Below are positions 37,558 to 45,160 of a stretch of DNA of 64,000 bases, piece after piece (position 1 is the first letter of the stretch; every line of letters begins with the position of its first letter). Origin of the DNA: Myxococcales bacterium (GTDB lineage Bacteria > Myxococcota_A > UBA9160 > SMWR01); contig JABSQW010000044.1 of NCBI GenBank assembly GCA_013215605.1, forward strand, positions 5,532-69,531, given 5' to 3'. The notes beneath the pieces are model-generated. The model was not told the DNA's origin and made no database searches. It was given only the letters and a program-made list of their open reading frames with translations. A program made the position numbers and the translations under genes.

Positions 37558-38667
37558 GTGAGCGGGGAGCCGGTTGTGAACACCAACAAATCCTCTTCCA
37601 CACCTCTCGCCCCTGCGGATCAGGAGGCACTCGAGCCCGTCGAACTCGATCCGAACTCCGACGCGACCGTGCTCGCCGACGACCCGGAGTTCGCCGACGC
37701 AGGCCCCGACGACGAAACGGAGAGTGCCGGCGCGGGCGGGGGAACGAGCGCCGGCGAAGTCCCCGAGTCGACGCGTCTCCCCGTCCCGAGTTCCGGCGAT
37801 CGGTCGCTCGAGCCCACCGACACCCTCTCCGCCTATATGGCCGAGCTCGCCCACCACGCGCCCATTTCGCGCGAGGAGGAGCACGACCTCGCCGTGCGCT
37901 GGGTCGAGCAGGGCGATGTCGACGCCGCGCGGAAGCTCGTGCTGTCGAACCTGCGCCTCGTGGTCAAGATCGCGATGGAGTATCGGCGCGCCTGGACGAA
38001 CATCCTCGACCTGATCCAGGAGGGGAACGTCGGGCTCGTGAAGGCCGCTCACCGCTTCGACCCCTACAAGGGCGTGAAGCTCTCGACGTACGCCGCCTAC
38101 TGGATCCGCGCGTTCATCCTCAAGTACATCCTCGACAACTTTCGCATCGTGCGGATGGGCACGACGCGGGCCCAGCGCAAGCTCTTCTTCCGGCTCAACA
38201 AGGAGAAGCGCCAGCTCGAACGCGAGGGTTACGAGGTCGAGCCCAAATTGATCGCCGAGCGGCTCGAGGTCAACGAGGACGACGTCCGCGACATGGACCG
38301 GCGCCTGAATCAGAGCGACCTCTCCCTGAACGCGCCCACTCGGCACGAGGACAGCAATGCCGAGGTGGGCGATTTCATGGCGATCTCGGGCGAGAGCGCC
38401 GAGGAGCAGGTGGCGAGCACGGAGCTGCTCGGTGTCTTTCAGGAAAAGATCGCGGAGTTCAAGACCACGCTCCAGGAGCGCGACCTGCAGATCATCGATC
38501 AACGGGTGCTCGCGGAGGAACCGAAAACCCTGCAGGAGCTCGCCGACGAGTTCGGGGTGTCGCGCGAGCGGGTTCGCCAGCTCGAGGCGCGCATCGTCGA
38601 CCGACTGCGAGACTATTTCAAAGAGAACCTCGTCGATTTCGAGTACTACGCGTCGCCGCGGGAATGA
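37558..38667 (+). CDS. rpoH: RpoH-family (sigma-32-like) RNA polymerase sigma factor with long acidic N-terminal extension
   Basis: Region 2 DLIQEGNVGLVKAAHRFDP, RpoH box TTRAQRKLFFRLNK, and region 4 LQELADEFGVSRERVRQLEARI. The start is uncertain (GTG 37558 or a downstream in-frame GTG). Confidence 0.88.
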   Translation: MSGEPVVNTNKSSSTPLAPADQEALEPVELDPNSDATVLADDPEFADAGPDDETESAGAGGGTSAGEVPESTRLPVPSSGDRSLEPTDTLSAYMAELAHHAPISREEEHDLAVRWVEQGDVDAARKLVLSNLRLVVKIAMEYRRAWTNILDLIQEGNVGLVKAAHRFDPYKGVKLSTYAAYWIRAFILKYILDNFRIVRMGTTRAQRKLFFRLNKEKRQLEREGYEVEPKLIAERLEVNEDDVRDMDRRLNQSDLSLNAPTRHEDSNAEVGDFMAISGESAEEQVASTELLGVFQEKIAEFKTTLQERDLQIIDQRVLAEEPKTLQELADEFGVSRERVRQLEARIVDRLRDYFKENLVDFEYYASPRE

Positions 38668-38671
38668 GCCA

Positions 38672-38965
38672 GTGGAATCCACCGATCCGCGCGCTCGAAC
38701 GCGCCGGCGCGTGGTGGTCCACGGCCGGGTCCAGGGCGTGTTCTTTCGCGGCTCGACGGAGGACGAGGCGCGGCGAAGGGGCGTGACCGGCTGGGTGCGC
38801 AACCGGCGCGACGGCAGCGTGGAGGCGGTTTTCGAAGGCGCCGACGAGGCGGTGGCCGCGATGCTGAGGTTCTGCGAACGGGGTCCGGGCGCCGCGCGCG
38901 TCGATCGCCTGGAGAGCTTCGAGGAGTCGCCCGAGGGCCTCCGGGATTTCAGTGTGCGCGGATAG
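38672..38965 (+). CDS. acyP: acylphosphatase
   Basis: 97 aa from GTG 38672, with VVVHGRVQGVFFRGST...GWVRNRRDGSVE, the canonical acylphosphatase signatures. The longer ORF from 38357 overlaps rpoH and is rejected. Confidence 0.88.
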   Translation: MESTDPRARTRRRVVVHGRVQGVFFRGSTEDEARRRGVTGWVRNRRDGSVEAVFEGADEAVAAMLRFCERGPGAARVDRLESFEESPEGLRDFSVRG

Positions 38966-39028
38966 CTCAGTCGCGCCAGCGTCCCGCGGGGGTTCTCTGG
39001 TCAAGCCGCGGCACGGGTTTGCCGACCC

Positions 39029-39727
39029 GTGAACGGCATGCCGACGGCCGATCGCCCGATGCTCTTCATTCCCCCGGAGCCGCCGCTCGCCCTGCGGCCG
39101 GACGCGACGCTCGTGATCGGGCGGAGCCGCAGCTGTGACCTGCGCCTGCCCACGGGCGACGCGTCGCGCCGTCACGCAGAGATCATCCACTCCGAGGGCA
39201 GCTATTGGGTCCGCGACCTCGCGAGCACCAACGGCACATACGTCAACGGGACGCGCATCACCGAGCACAGCCTCGCCGCCGGCGACCGCATCGAGATCGG
39301 CTCGAGTGAGATTCGCTACTGCCAGGTCGGTGCCGGCCTCGACGAAACCCCGTCGATGAGCGACATCGAGACCGGCGAGGCGAAGACGATCATCGCGGAG
39401 CGCCCCGCGTTCCAGGTGTTCCGTGGCGAGCTCGCCGAGATTCCGCCCTTCGCCGTCCTCCAGATTCTCGAGATGGGCCGCAAGACGGGCATCCTGAAGC
39501 TCGAGACCGACCAGGGAGTCGGAACCCTCTGGTTCGCAGAGGGCGCGCCCGTGCACGCCGAGTCGAAGAACCAGATCGGCTTCGACGCGGCGCTCACGAT
39601 CATCCAGGCCTCGGCGGGTCAGTTCACCTTCGAGCCGCTCACGACCGCTCCGGAACCCACCATCGCGGCGTCGGTCACGGAGCTGTTGCTCGAGGCGTCG
39701 CGGCTGCTGGACGAGGCGATTCTCTAG
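39029..39727 (+). CDS. FHA domain protein with C-terminal DUF4388-like domain
   Basis: FHA core LVIGRSRSCDLRL...ASRRHAEI......WVRDLASTNGTYVNG. The C-terminal LAEIPPFAVLQILEMGRKTGILKLE...GTLWFAEG resembles DUF4388. The start may be ATG 39038. Confidence 0.8.
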   Translation: MNGMPTADRPMLFIPPEPPLALRPDATLVIGRSRSCDLRLPTGDASRRHAEIIHSEGSYWVRDLASTNGTYVNGTRITEHSLAAGDRIEIGSSEIRYCQVGAGLDETPSMSDIETGEAKTIIAERPAFQVFRGELAEIPPFAVLQILEMGRKTGILKLETDQGVGTLWFAEGAPVHAESKNQIGFDAALTIIQASAGQFTFEPLTTAPEPTIAASVTELLLEASRLLDEAIL

Positions 39728-39855
39728 CTTTCCGGGCTTCGCTCGCCTACGGCTCGCTGCGCGGCGGCCCGGAGAGCTCGTTCCGGGACCGATGGAGGCG
39801 GCTGGCCGGTCTTTCCGGACTTCGCTCGCCTGCCGCTCGCTGCGCGGCGGCCCGG
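39728..39855 (+). repeat. two tandem 45-nt copies of the dispersed intergenic repeat (period 83 nt)
   Basis: 39728..39772 CTTTCCGGGCTTCGCTCGCCTACGGCTCGCTGCGCGGCGGCCCGG and 39811..39855 CTTTCCGGACTTCGCTCGCCTGCCGCTCGCTGCGCGGCGGCCCGG (42/45 identical). The first copy starts immediately after the TAG stop of the FHA gene. Confidence 0.85.
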
Positions 39856-39869
39856 TGGGCCGCCTTGCT

Positions 39870-41129
39870 TCAATCGCTCGAGAAAACCGGGAACTCGGAG
39901 CGGATGGCTTCGCGGACGGCTCGATCGATGCCATCGGTGTCGAGGCCCACGGCCTCGACGAGCGCCCGGTCGGAACTCGCTCCGTTGCCAAGGCGCATGA
40001 GCAACCGGCGGCGCGCGGCGCGGTCGGTGTGGGCATCGATCCAGGCGGCTGCGGCCGTGGCCTCGAGATAGGCGACCCGCGCGTCGCTGTTGTCGAGACC
40101 GGAGAAGCTCGGAGCCAGCCGCCGGAGAGGGATCCAGCTGCCCTCGTCGATGCGGATATGCAGGCTGACGCGCTCGCTGCGCGTGAGACCGTCGTGGCTC
40201 AGATCCTCGCGCTCGGAGAGCTCGGCGAGCCCCTCATTCAGCCAGAACGGGCGATCGCCCCCCGTCTGCTCGCGGAACATCGCGTGCGTGTATTCGTGGA
40301 ACAACAGGTCGCGCAGCTCGCGCTCAGGGTGGGCGGCGGAGACCACGTGGATGCGCCCGTCGAAGAACCCGACGGTCTGGAACGAGAAGCGGTGGCGATG
40401 GGCCCGCAGGTACGCGGCCTTGCCGTACAGCACGACGCCCATCGGCTCCTCGGGGGTGACGCCGAGGCCCTCACCCACGCGAATCCTTGCGCGTTCGAGG
40501 AAGCCGACCACGATCTCGGAGTAGTGGGGAGACGCGCGACCGAGCTCCGAGTCGAAGCTCACGCGGAAGTGCGGGCTCTCGAGATCGACGAACGAACCCG
40601 GACCGCGCTCGATCGACTCGTCGGCGAGGTGCCGCTCATCCGACAGCACCTCGAGTCGACGCTCGGCCTGGACGCGCCACGGCTGGAGGTCGTCGCCGGC
40701 GGACGCCAGGAAGAAGCGCAGGTGGGTCTCCGAAGAATCGAAGCGGCCGCGGTGCCGGTCGAGTTCGGCCAGGTACCAGTGGGCCTTTGCGTTCGCGGGG
40801 GATGTGCGCAGGACGCTCTCGAGCGCAGCGGCGGCGCGACCGCGCTCGCCGCGTTCCATGTCCGCAACCGCGCCGTGGACCAGGCGCTCGTCGCGTCCCG
40901 TGGTTCCGCCCACCGAAGCGGCGCGCTCGCCCTTCGGGCCATCCACGTGGTCCCAGAGGCCGCCGAGATTCCGCGCCCGGGCACCGGCCCCCTCGAGCGA
41001 ATCCGGCGGCACCGCGCTGCGGTCGTCCGTGATGTGCGTGACGCCGGAAACGTCGACCCAGACGAAGGTCTCGGCTCCAGCAGGAACGGAGAGGAGCCAG
41101 CAGACCGCAGCACAGACACGAAGGCGCAC
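39870..41129 (-). CDS. secreted DUF4124/TPR-like protein with peptidase-MA-like HExxH domain
   Basis: Signal peptide MRLRVCAAVCWLLSVPAGA, then TFVWVDVSGVTHITDD (DUF4124-like). LLFHEYTHAMF plus a downstream NEGLAELSE gives a gluzincin-like arrangement. Confidence 0.6.
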   Translation of the reverse strand: MRLRVCAAVCWLLSVPAGAETFVWVDVSGVTHITDDRSAVPPDSLEGAGARARNLGGLWDHVDGPKGERAASVGGTTGRDERLVHGAVADMERGERGRAAAALESVLRTSPANAKAHWYLAELDRHRGRFDSSETHLRFFLASAGDDLQPWRVQAERRLEVLSDERHLADESIERGPGSFVDLESPHFRVSFDSELGRASPHYSEIVVGFLERARIRVGEGLGVTPEEPMGVVLYGKAAYLRAHRHRFSFQTVGFFDGRIHVVSAAHPERELRDLLFHEYTHAMFREQTGGDRPFWLNEGLAELSEREDLSHDGLTRSERVSLHIRIDEGSWIPLRRLAPSFSGLDNSDARVAYLEATAAAAWIDAHTDRAARRRLLMRLGNGASSDRALVEAVGLDTDGIDRAVREAIRSEFPVFSSD

Positions 41130-41194
41130 GAGCTTCTCTTCGGAGGAGTGGCGCTTCAGATTGAACGAACGGCAGGGCGACCTGCCCGCCCGCG

Positions 41195-41274
41195 CACGCG
41201 AAGCGCGCAGCGAAGCTGAAGGCTGTCAGGCGGGCATGTGGGCTTCCGGCCCGGCGAACCCCAGCCGAACTACC
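41195..41274 (-). repeat. intergenic repeat element copy abutting the moaB TAG stop
   Basis: Gene-sense strand reads GGTAGTTCGGCTGGGGTTCG (41274..41255, identical to 30585..30566) followed by ...CAGCCTTCAGCTTCGCTGCGCGCTTCGCG. Confidence 0.7.
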
Positions 41275-41800
41275 GGCTCTTGCCGGCCTCGGCCGCGAGA
41301 TGGCCGATCTCAGGGAGGATCAGCTTCTCCATGGCGAGGCGTACGGCACCTCGAGAGCCCGGCAGAACGAATACCACGACACCGCTCGCAAGACCCGCGA
41401 GCGCGCGAGAGAGCAACGCCGCCGACCCGATGTCCTGGTACGACAGCATGCGGAAGAGCTCGCCGAAGCCCGGCACCACGCGATCGAGCAGCGGTTCGAT
41501 CGTCTCCGGCGTCTGGTCGCGCGGCGCCACGCCCGTGCCGCCGGTGAGGATCACGGCCCGCGCGCGGCCGCCGTCGAGCTGGTCGCGCAGTGCAGCGGCG
41601 ATCGCCTTCGGCTCGTCGGCCACGACCTCGCGGTGAACGACGTCGTGCCCACCTCCAGTGAGCAGCTCCTCGACTGTGGCGCCGCCCGTGTCGGTCTCGA
41701 GGGTGCGCGTGTCGCTCACGGTGATGATCGCCGTGGGGACGGAAACAGCGGCCTGCTTGCGGTGATGGTGGGCGCGGGACGAGGGTTTGTGCTCGCTCAT
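41270..41800 (-). CDS. moaB: MoaB/Mog-family molybdenum cofactor biosynthesis protein
   Basis: 176 aa with ...ITVSDTR..., ...[13 protein letters not shown]... and ...PG.P.., typical of the MoCF_biosynth domain. The ATG overlaps the upstream stop (ATGA). Confidence 0.88.
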   Translation of the reverse strand: MSEHKPSSRAHHHRKQAAVSVPTAIITVSDTRTLETDTGGATVEELLTGGGHDVVHREVVADEPKAIAAALRDQLDGGRARAVILTGGTGVAPRDQTPETIEPLLDRVVPGFGELFRMLSYQDIGSAALLSRALAGLASGVVVFVLPGSRGAVRLAMEKLILPEIGHLAAEAGKSR

Positions 41801-42456
41801 GGTCGATCGTCCACCCAGTACTCTCCGTCCGTCGCCACTTCCTTCTTCCAGATCGGCACGGTCTGCTTGAGCGTGTCGATCGCGTAGCGACAGGCTTCGA
41901 AGGCCTCGGCGCGGTGCGCTGCAGCAGCGACTACCACCACCACGACTTCGCCGATCTCGAGGTGACCCGCGCGGTGGGCGATGGCGACCTTCGTTCCGCT
42001 CCAGCGCTGAGCGGCCTGCTCGCAGATCTTGTCCATCTCGCGCTCGGCCATGCCGGGGTAGGCCTCGTACTCGAGGTGGCGGATGTCGCGTCCGCGTGCG
42101 CTGTCGCGCACGGTGCCCACGAAGGTGACGATGCCCCCCATGCCGGGTCCCGACACGCGCGACACGACCTCGCCGACGTCGAGCGGGGTTTCCGAGAGCG
42201 TGCAGCTGCCGCCCCCCCCGGAGACCGGGGGCAGGAATGCGACCTCATCGCCATTCGACAGAACGCAGTCTGCCGACGCGATCTCGAAGTTCACCGAGAT
42301 CGCGAGCCGGTCGCCGAGTTCCTCGAAGATCGGGTGATCCGCGGCGAGCAGGTCGCGCAGATCCGCCGCCGTGGATGCATCGGCGAGCACCGCGGAGAGC
42401 TCCTTCACGCCGGCGGCCTCCCGCACGGCGCCGAACAATTTTACATTTACCCTCAC
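41797..42456 (-). CDS. moaDE: fused molybdopterin synthase MoaD-MoaE
   Basis: The N-terminal ~80 aa VNVKLFGAVREAAG...GDEVAFLPPVSGG is MoaD/ThiS-like and ends in GG. It continues directly into a MoaE-like domain ...GGIVTFVGTVRD...HLEYEAY..MAE......AHRAG.LEIGE..V...AAAHR.EAF.AC.Y.ID.LK..VPIWKKE. GTG 42456 is proposed; the 402-aa ORF in the track is over-extended. Confidence 0.8.
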   Translation of the reverse strand: MRVNVKLFGAVREAAGVKELSAVLADASTAADLRDLLAADHPIFEELGDRLAISVNFEIASADCVLSNGDEVAFLPPVSGGGGSCTLSETPLDVGEVVSRVSGPGMGGIVTFVGTVRDSARGRDIRHLEYEAYPGMAEREMDKICEQAAQRWSGTKVAIAHRAGHLEIGEVVVVVVAAAAHRAEAFEACRYAIDTLKQTVPIWKKEVATDGEYWVDDRP

Positions 42457-42577
42457 GGCGAAACAGACTACTCGATCGGGGGCGCCACGCGCGTCCTCGA
42501 CAGCGTATACGGCCTTCAGCCGCTGAGTGAGCCGTCGTCGTCGCGGCGGCGGGACTCGGACGACCGGAATCTCGGCG

Positions 42578-42606
42578 TTGACCCGGTTTCCCGGCAGCGC
42601 CACACT
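42578..42606 (+). promoter_or_regulatory. sigma70-like promoter candidate upstream of the polybasic protein gene
   Basis: TTGACC (42578..42583), 17 nt spacer, CACACT (42601..42606), 20 nt before ATG 42627. Confidence 0.35.
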
Positions 42607-42626
42607 TCTCGCGAAGGGGGCTGGGG

Positions 42627-43412
42627 ATGGCGGCACGAAAGAAGAAGACGACCAGGAAGACCGCTCGCCGCGGGAATGTGAAGAAGAAGACCGCCCGAAA
42701 GACGGTCCGCAAGAAGGCGCCGCGGCGCGGCGCTCGCAAGGCCGCTGCGAAGAAGAAGACGTTGCGCCGCAAGAAGGCCACCACCAGGAAGACCACGCGC
42801 AAGAAGTCCACCCGCAAGAAGGCGACGCGGAAGAAGACCGCCCGAAAGAAGACAGCAAAGAAGAAGGCCAGCCGGAAGCCGGCGACCCGGAAGAAGACGG
42901 TCCGCAAGAAGGCGACTCGCAAGAAGGCCACCCGAAGGAAGACCGCTCGAAAGAGCTCGCGGAAGAAGGCCGCGTCGAAGAAGTCGACGCGGCGCAAGGT
43001 CGCAACCCGCAAGAAGGCCTTGGCCACCGCGCGAAGGACGGCGTCGAAGAAGACCGCGCGGCGCAAGACGACGACGCGCGCCGCGGCGCCGAAGCCGGTC
43101 CGAAAGCCGGTGCCCGCCACCAAGGCGCCCACGCCGGCGACTTCGCTGGCGGCCCGGCTGCCCGAGCGAATCGGGCAAGTGACCCACTACTTCGCCGGGG
43201 CGGGTGCCGCGATCGTGGACGTGGAGCAGGGAGAGTTGAGGCGCGGCGACACGATCCACGTCCGCGGGCACACGACCGACTTTTACCAGCGTGTCGAGCG
43301 AATCGAGGCAGACCACATCGAAGTGACTTCAGCGAGGGCGGGTCAGCGGGTGGGCGTGCAGGTCTCGCAGCGAGTACGTGAGGGAGACGACGTCATCCGG
43401 GTCTCGGGCTGA
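42627..43412 (+). CDS. polybasic histone-H1-like repeat protein with C-terminal EF-Tu-domain-2-like beta-barrel
   Basis: The first ~170 aa are about 20 degenerate (S/T)RKK(A/T)-type repeats (K+R are roughly half of residues). The C-terminal ~85 aa IGQVTHYFAGAGAAIVDVEQGELRRGDTIHVRGHTTDFYQRVERIEADHIEV...GQRVGVQV...REGDDVIRV resembles stand-alone translation-elongation-factor-like barrel proteins. Confidence 0.75.
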   Translation: MAARKKKTTRKTARRGNVKKKTARKTVRKKAPRRGARKAAAKKKTLRRKKATTRKTTRKKSTRKKATRKKTARKKTAKKKASRKPATRKKTVRKKATRKKATRRKTARKSSRKKAASKKSTRRKVATRKKALATARRTASKKTARRKTTTRAAAPKPVRKPVPATKAPTPATSLAARLPERIGQVTHYFAGAGAAIVDVEQGELRRGDTIHVRGHTTDFYQRVERIEADHIEVTSARAGQRVGVQVSQRVREGDDVIRVSG

Positions 43413-43451
43413 CGTTCCAGTACTCCCACATCTCGGGGGCGCGGCGAGCGC

Positions 43452-43937
43452 TCAGCCCTTGTCGTCGCTCTTCTTCTCGTTCATCCCACCGCCGTCGATG
43501 GCCTTGAGGGAGGCGGGATTGGTGCTCTTCTCACTGGTCTTCCCGGTCTTCATCACGATCTGACCGTTCACGAAGGCGCCCTCTTCGATCACGATCGAAG
43601 GCGTCTGGATGTTTCCCTCGACCCGGGCGGTCTTGTGGAGCACGACCTTCATGGCGGCGTGAACGTCGCCCTTCACCGTGCCACTGATCGAGATCGTGTT
43701 CGACTTGATCGTCGCCTCGATCTCGCCGCTCTCGCCGATGATCAACGTGTTCTCACTCGTGATCTCGCCGTGGAAGCGACCGTCGATGCGGACCGTGTCG
43801 CGGAACGAGAGCTTCCCCTCGAATTCCGAACCCTGATCGATGAAGGCAGTGAGCCCACCGGCGGTGGGGACGGGTGTCGGAGCGCGCGGGGCCTCGATCT
43901 CGTCGGTTCGGTCTCGGCCAAAAGGCGTAAGCGACAT
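43452..43937 (-). CDS. bactofilin (polymer-forming cytoskeletal protein, DUF583)
   Basis: 161 aa from ATG 43937 (GGAGGG upstream). FEGKLSFRDTVRIDGRFHGEITSENTLIIGESGEIEATIKSNTISISGTVKGDVHA...VVLHKTARVEGNIQTPSIVIEEGAFVNG is a typical bactofilin beta-helix repeat pattern. The ORF-track extension to 44273 is rejected. Confidence 0.9.
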   Translation of the reverse strand: MSLTPFGRDRTDEIEAPRAPTPVPTAGGLTAFIDQGSEFEGKLSFRDTVRIDGRFHGEITSENTLIIGESGEIEATIKSNTISISGTVKGDVHAAMKVVLHKTARVEGNIQTPSIVIEEGAFVNGQIVMKTGKTSEKSTNPASLKAIDGGGMNEKKSDDKG

Positions 43938-44140
43938 CTGGGATTCCCTCCATTTCCTCGAGCGGGAGCACGTCGAAGTGGTAAACGCTCCAACTTTTCG
44001 GCCGGGGGCCGCGAAGACTTGAGAAGGTCCGGGCGGGGTCCACTTGGACGAGCAGCTGCGCGCGATTGATCCACGTAGGTCGTGCCCCACGCCGAGAGTC
44101 CGACACACCCGCTGAGCCCCGGGACCGAGGGCAGAGGTCG

Positions 44141-44245
44141 GCGGAACCCACCTCGTGCAGGCGAACGAAGTTCGAAAGGGCAAGGCCTCCGACCCCCGGG
44201 CCGGCGGCCGCGCGGTGAGCCGTAGGCGAACGAAGTTCGAACGAA
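44141..44245 (-). repeat. repeat-family copy with duplicated palindromic 17-mer in the bactofilin/holB divergent region
   Basis: GGCGAACGAAGTTCGAA occurs at 44150..44166 and 44215..44231, each containing CGAAC-GAA-GTTCG. 44199..44225 GCGCGGTGAGCCGTAGGCGAACGAAG matches the family core GCGCAGCGAGCCGTAGGCGAGCGAAG. Confidence 0.65.
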
Positions 44246-44260
44246 CTAGACTGCGGCGCC

Positions 44261-45160
44261 ATGAGTCGCGCACCGTCTGACGAACTCGCGCTGCTCACGC
44301 GCAGCCTCGAGAGCGACCGCATCCACTCGGCCTACCTCCTCTCAGGACGCGGCGATCGCCCGCGGGAGGCCGCTCAAGAGTTCGCCCGCGGCGTCGTGTG
44401 CACCGGCGCGCACCCGCGTCCGTGCGAGTCGTGCGGCGACTGCCAGCGCTCGACGACCCGAAAGGAGATCGCGATCGACGGAACCGGCAAGAAGGGCCCG
44501 CTGCTGCGCCACGTGGGCGACCATGCCGATCTCCTCTGGGTCGAACGCGGCGCAAATGACACGCGCGTGCGTATCGGCCAGGTGAGATTCCTGCAGAACG
44601 CGCTGCGCCTGCGTCCCGCCGGCTCGGACCGCCGCGTCGCCGTGATCGCCGACGCCGAGTGGCTGAACGAGGAGGCTCAGAACGCCCTGCTCGGACTCCT
44701 CGAGGAGCCGCCGCCGCGCACGACGCTCGTGCTCGTTGCGGCGACCTCCGCGGGCATGCGCGCCACCGTTCGTTCGCGCTGCCAGAAGGTCGCGTTTCGA
44801 CCCGAGGCGAACGATCCCCTCGATGACCCGGACAACATCGAGATCGCAGAGCGACTGTCGCGAATCGGCCAGACCAGCGTGCCCGACGTGCTCGATTGGG
44901 CCGAGGACTACCGCGGCGCACGCGCCCCGGCCGCAGCGGCGGTCCAGCACCTGCTGCTCCTGGGTTTGGCGTCGCTGCGGCGGAGCGTCGGCGGGCGTCT
45001 CTCGACCGAGGGGTCCGACACCGGGACTGCGTACCGCCCGGCCCTCGACGCCTTCCGGACCCTCGGCGACTGCCGAAAGACCCTCGTCCAGCGCAACGCG
45101 AACCCCCAGATGGTCGCGGAGCGCGCGCTGTTGGCGCTCCGCGAGGCCGAGCGGCGATGA
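44261..45160 (+). CDS. holB: DNA polymerase III subunit delta-prime
   Basis: HSAYLLSGRGDRPREAAQEFARGVVC..C..C..C zinc-module pattern, then ...NALLGLLEEPP (SRC/sensor region). Its stop overlaps the metG ATG (ATGA). Confidence 0.85.
   Translation: MSRAPSDELALLTRSLESDRIHSAYLLSGRGDRPREAAQEFARGVVCTGAHPRPCESCGDCQRSTTRKEIAIDGTGKKGPLLRHVGDHADLLWVERGANDTRVRIGQVRFLQNALRLRPAGSDRRVAVIADAEWLNEEAQNALLGLLEEPPPRTTLVLVAATSAGMRATVRSRCQKVAFRPEANDPLDDPDNIEIAERLSRIGQTSVPDVLDWAEDYRGARAPAAAAVQHLLLLGLASLRRSVGGRLSTEGSDTGTAYRPALDAFRTLGDCRKTLVQRNANPQMVAERALLALREAERR

Noticed and set aside
39728-39855. CRISPR-like appearance of two 45-nt direct repeats separated by 38 nt
   Set aside because: There are only two units and no cas genes. 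The same core is scattered singly through other intergenic regions, so it is a dispersed repeat family rather than a CRISPR array.
41797-43005. 402-aa version of the moaD-moaE ORF with a Ser/Pro/Trp-rich N-terminal 180 aa
   Set aside because: The extra N-terminal part is the antisense of the polybasic repeat gene and has no MoaD/E similarity. The MoaD-like domain begins at ...VNVKLFG, so the start was moved to GTG 42456.
42245-43316. Minus-strand ORFs of 295 and 266 aa with striking repeats (FFR/LLR-rich) opposite the polybasic gene
   Set aside because: They are mirror images of the AAGAAG-rich coding repeats. The plus-strand frame has a promoter-like element, an ATG and a folded C-terminal domain, so the plus strand is the coding one.
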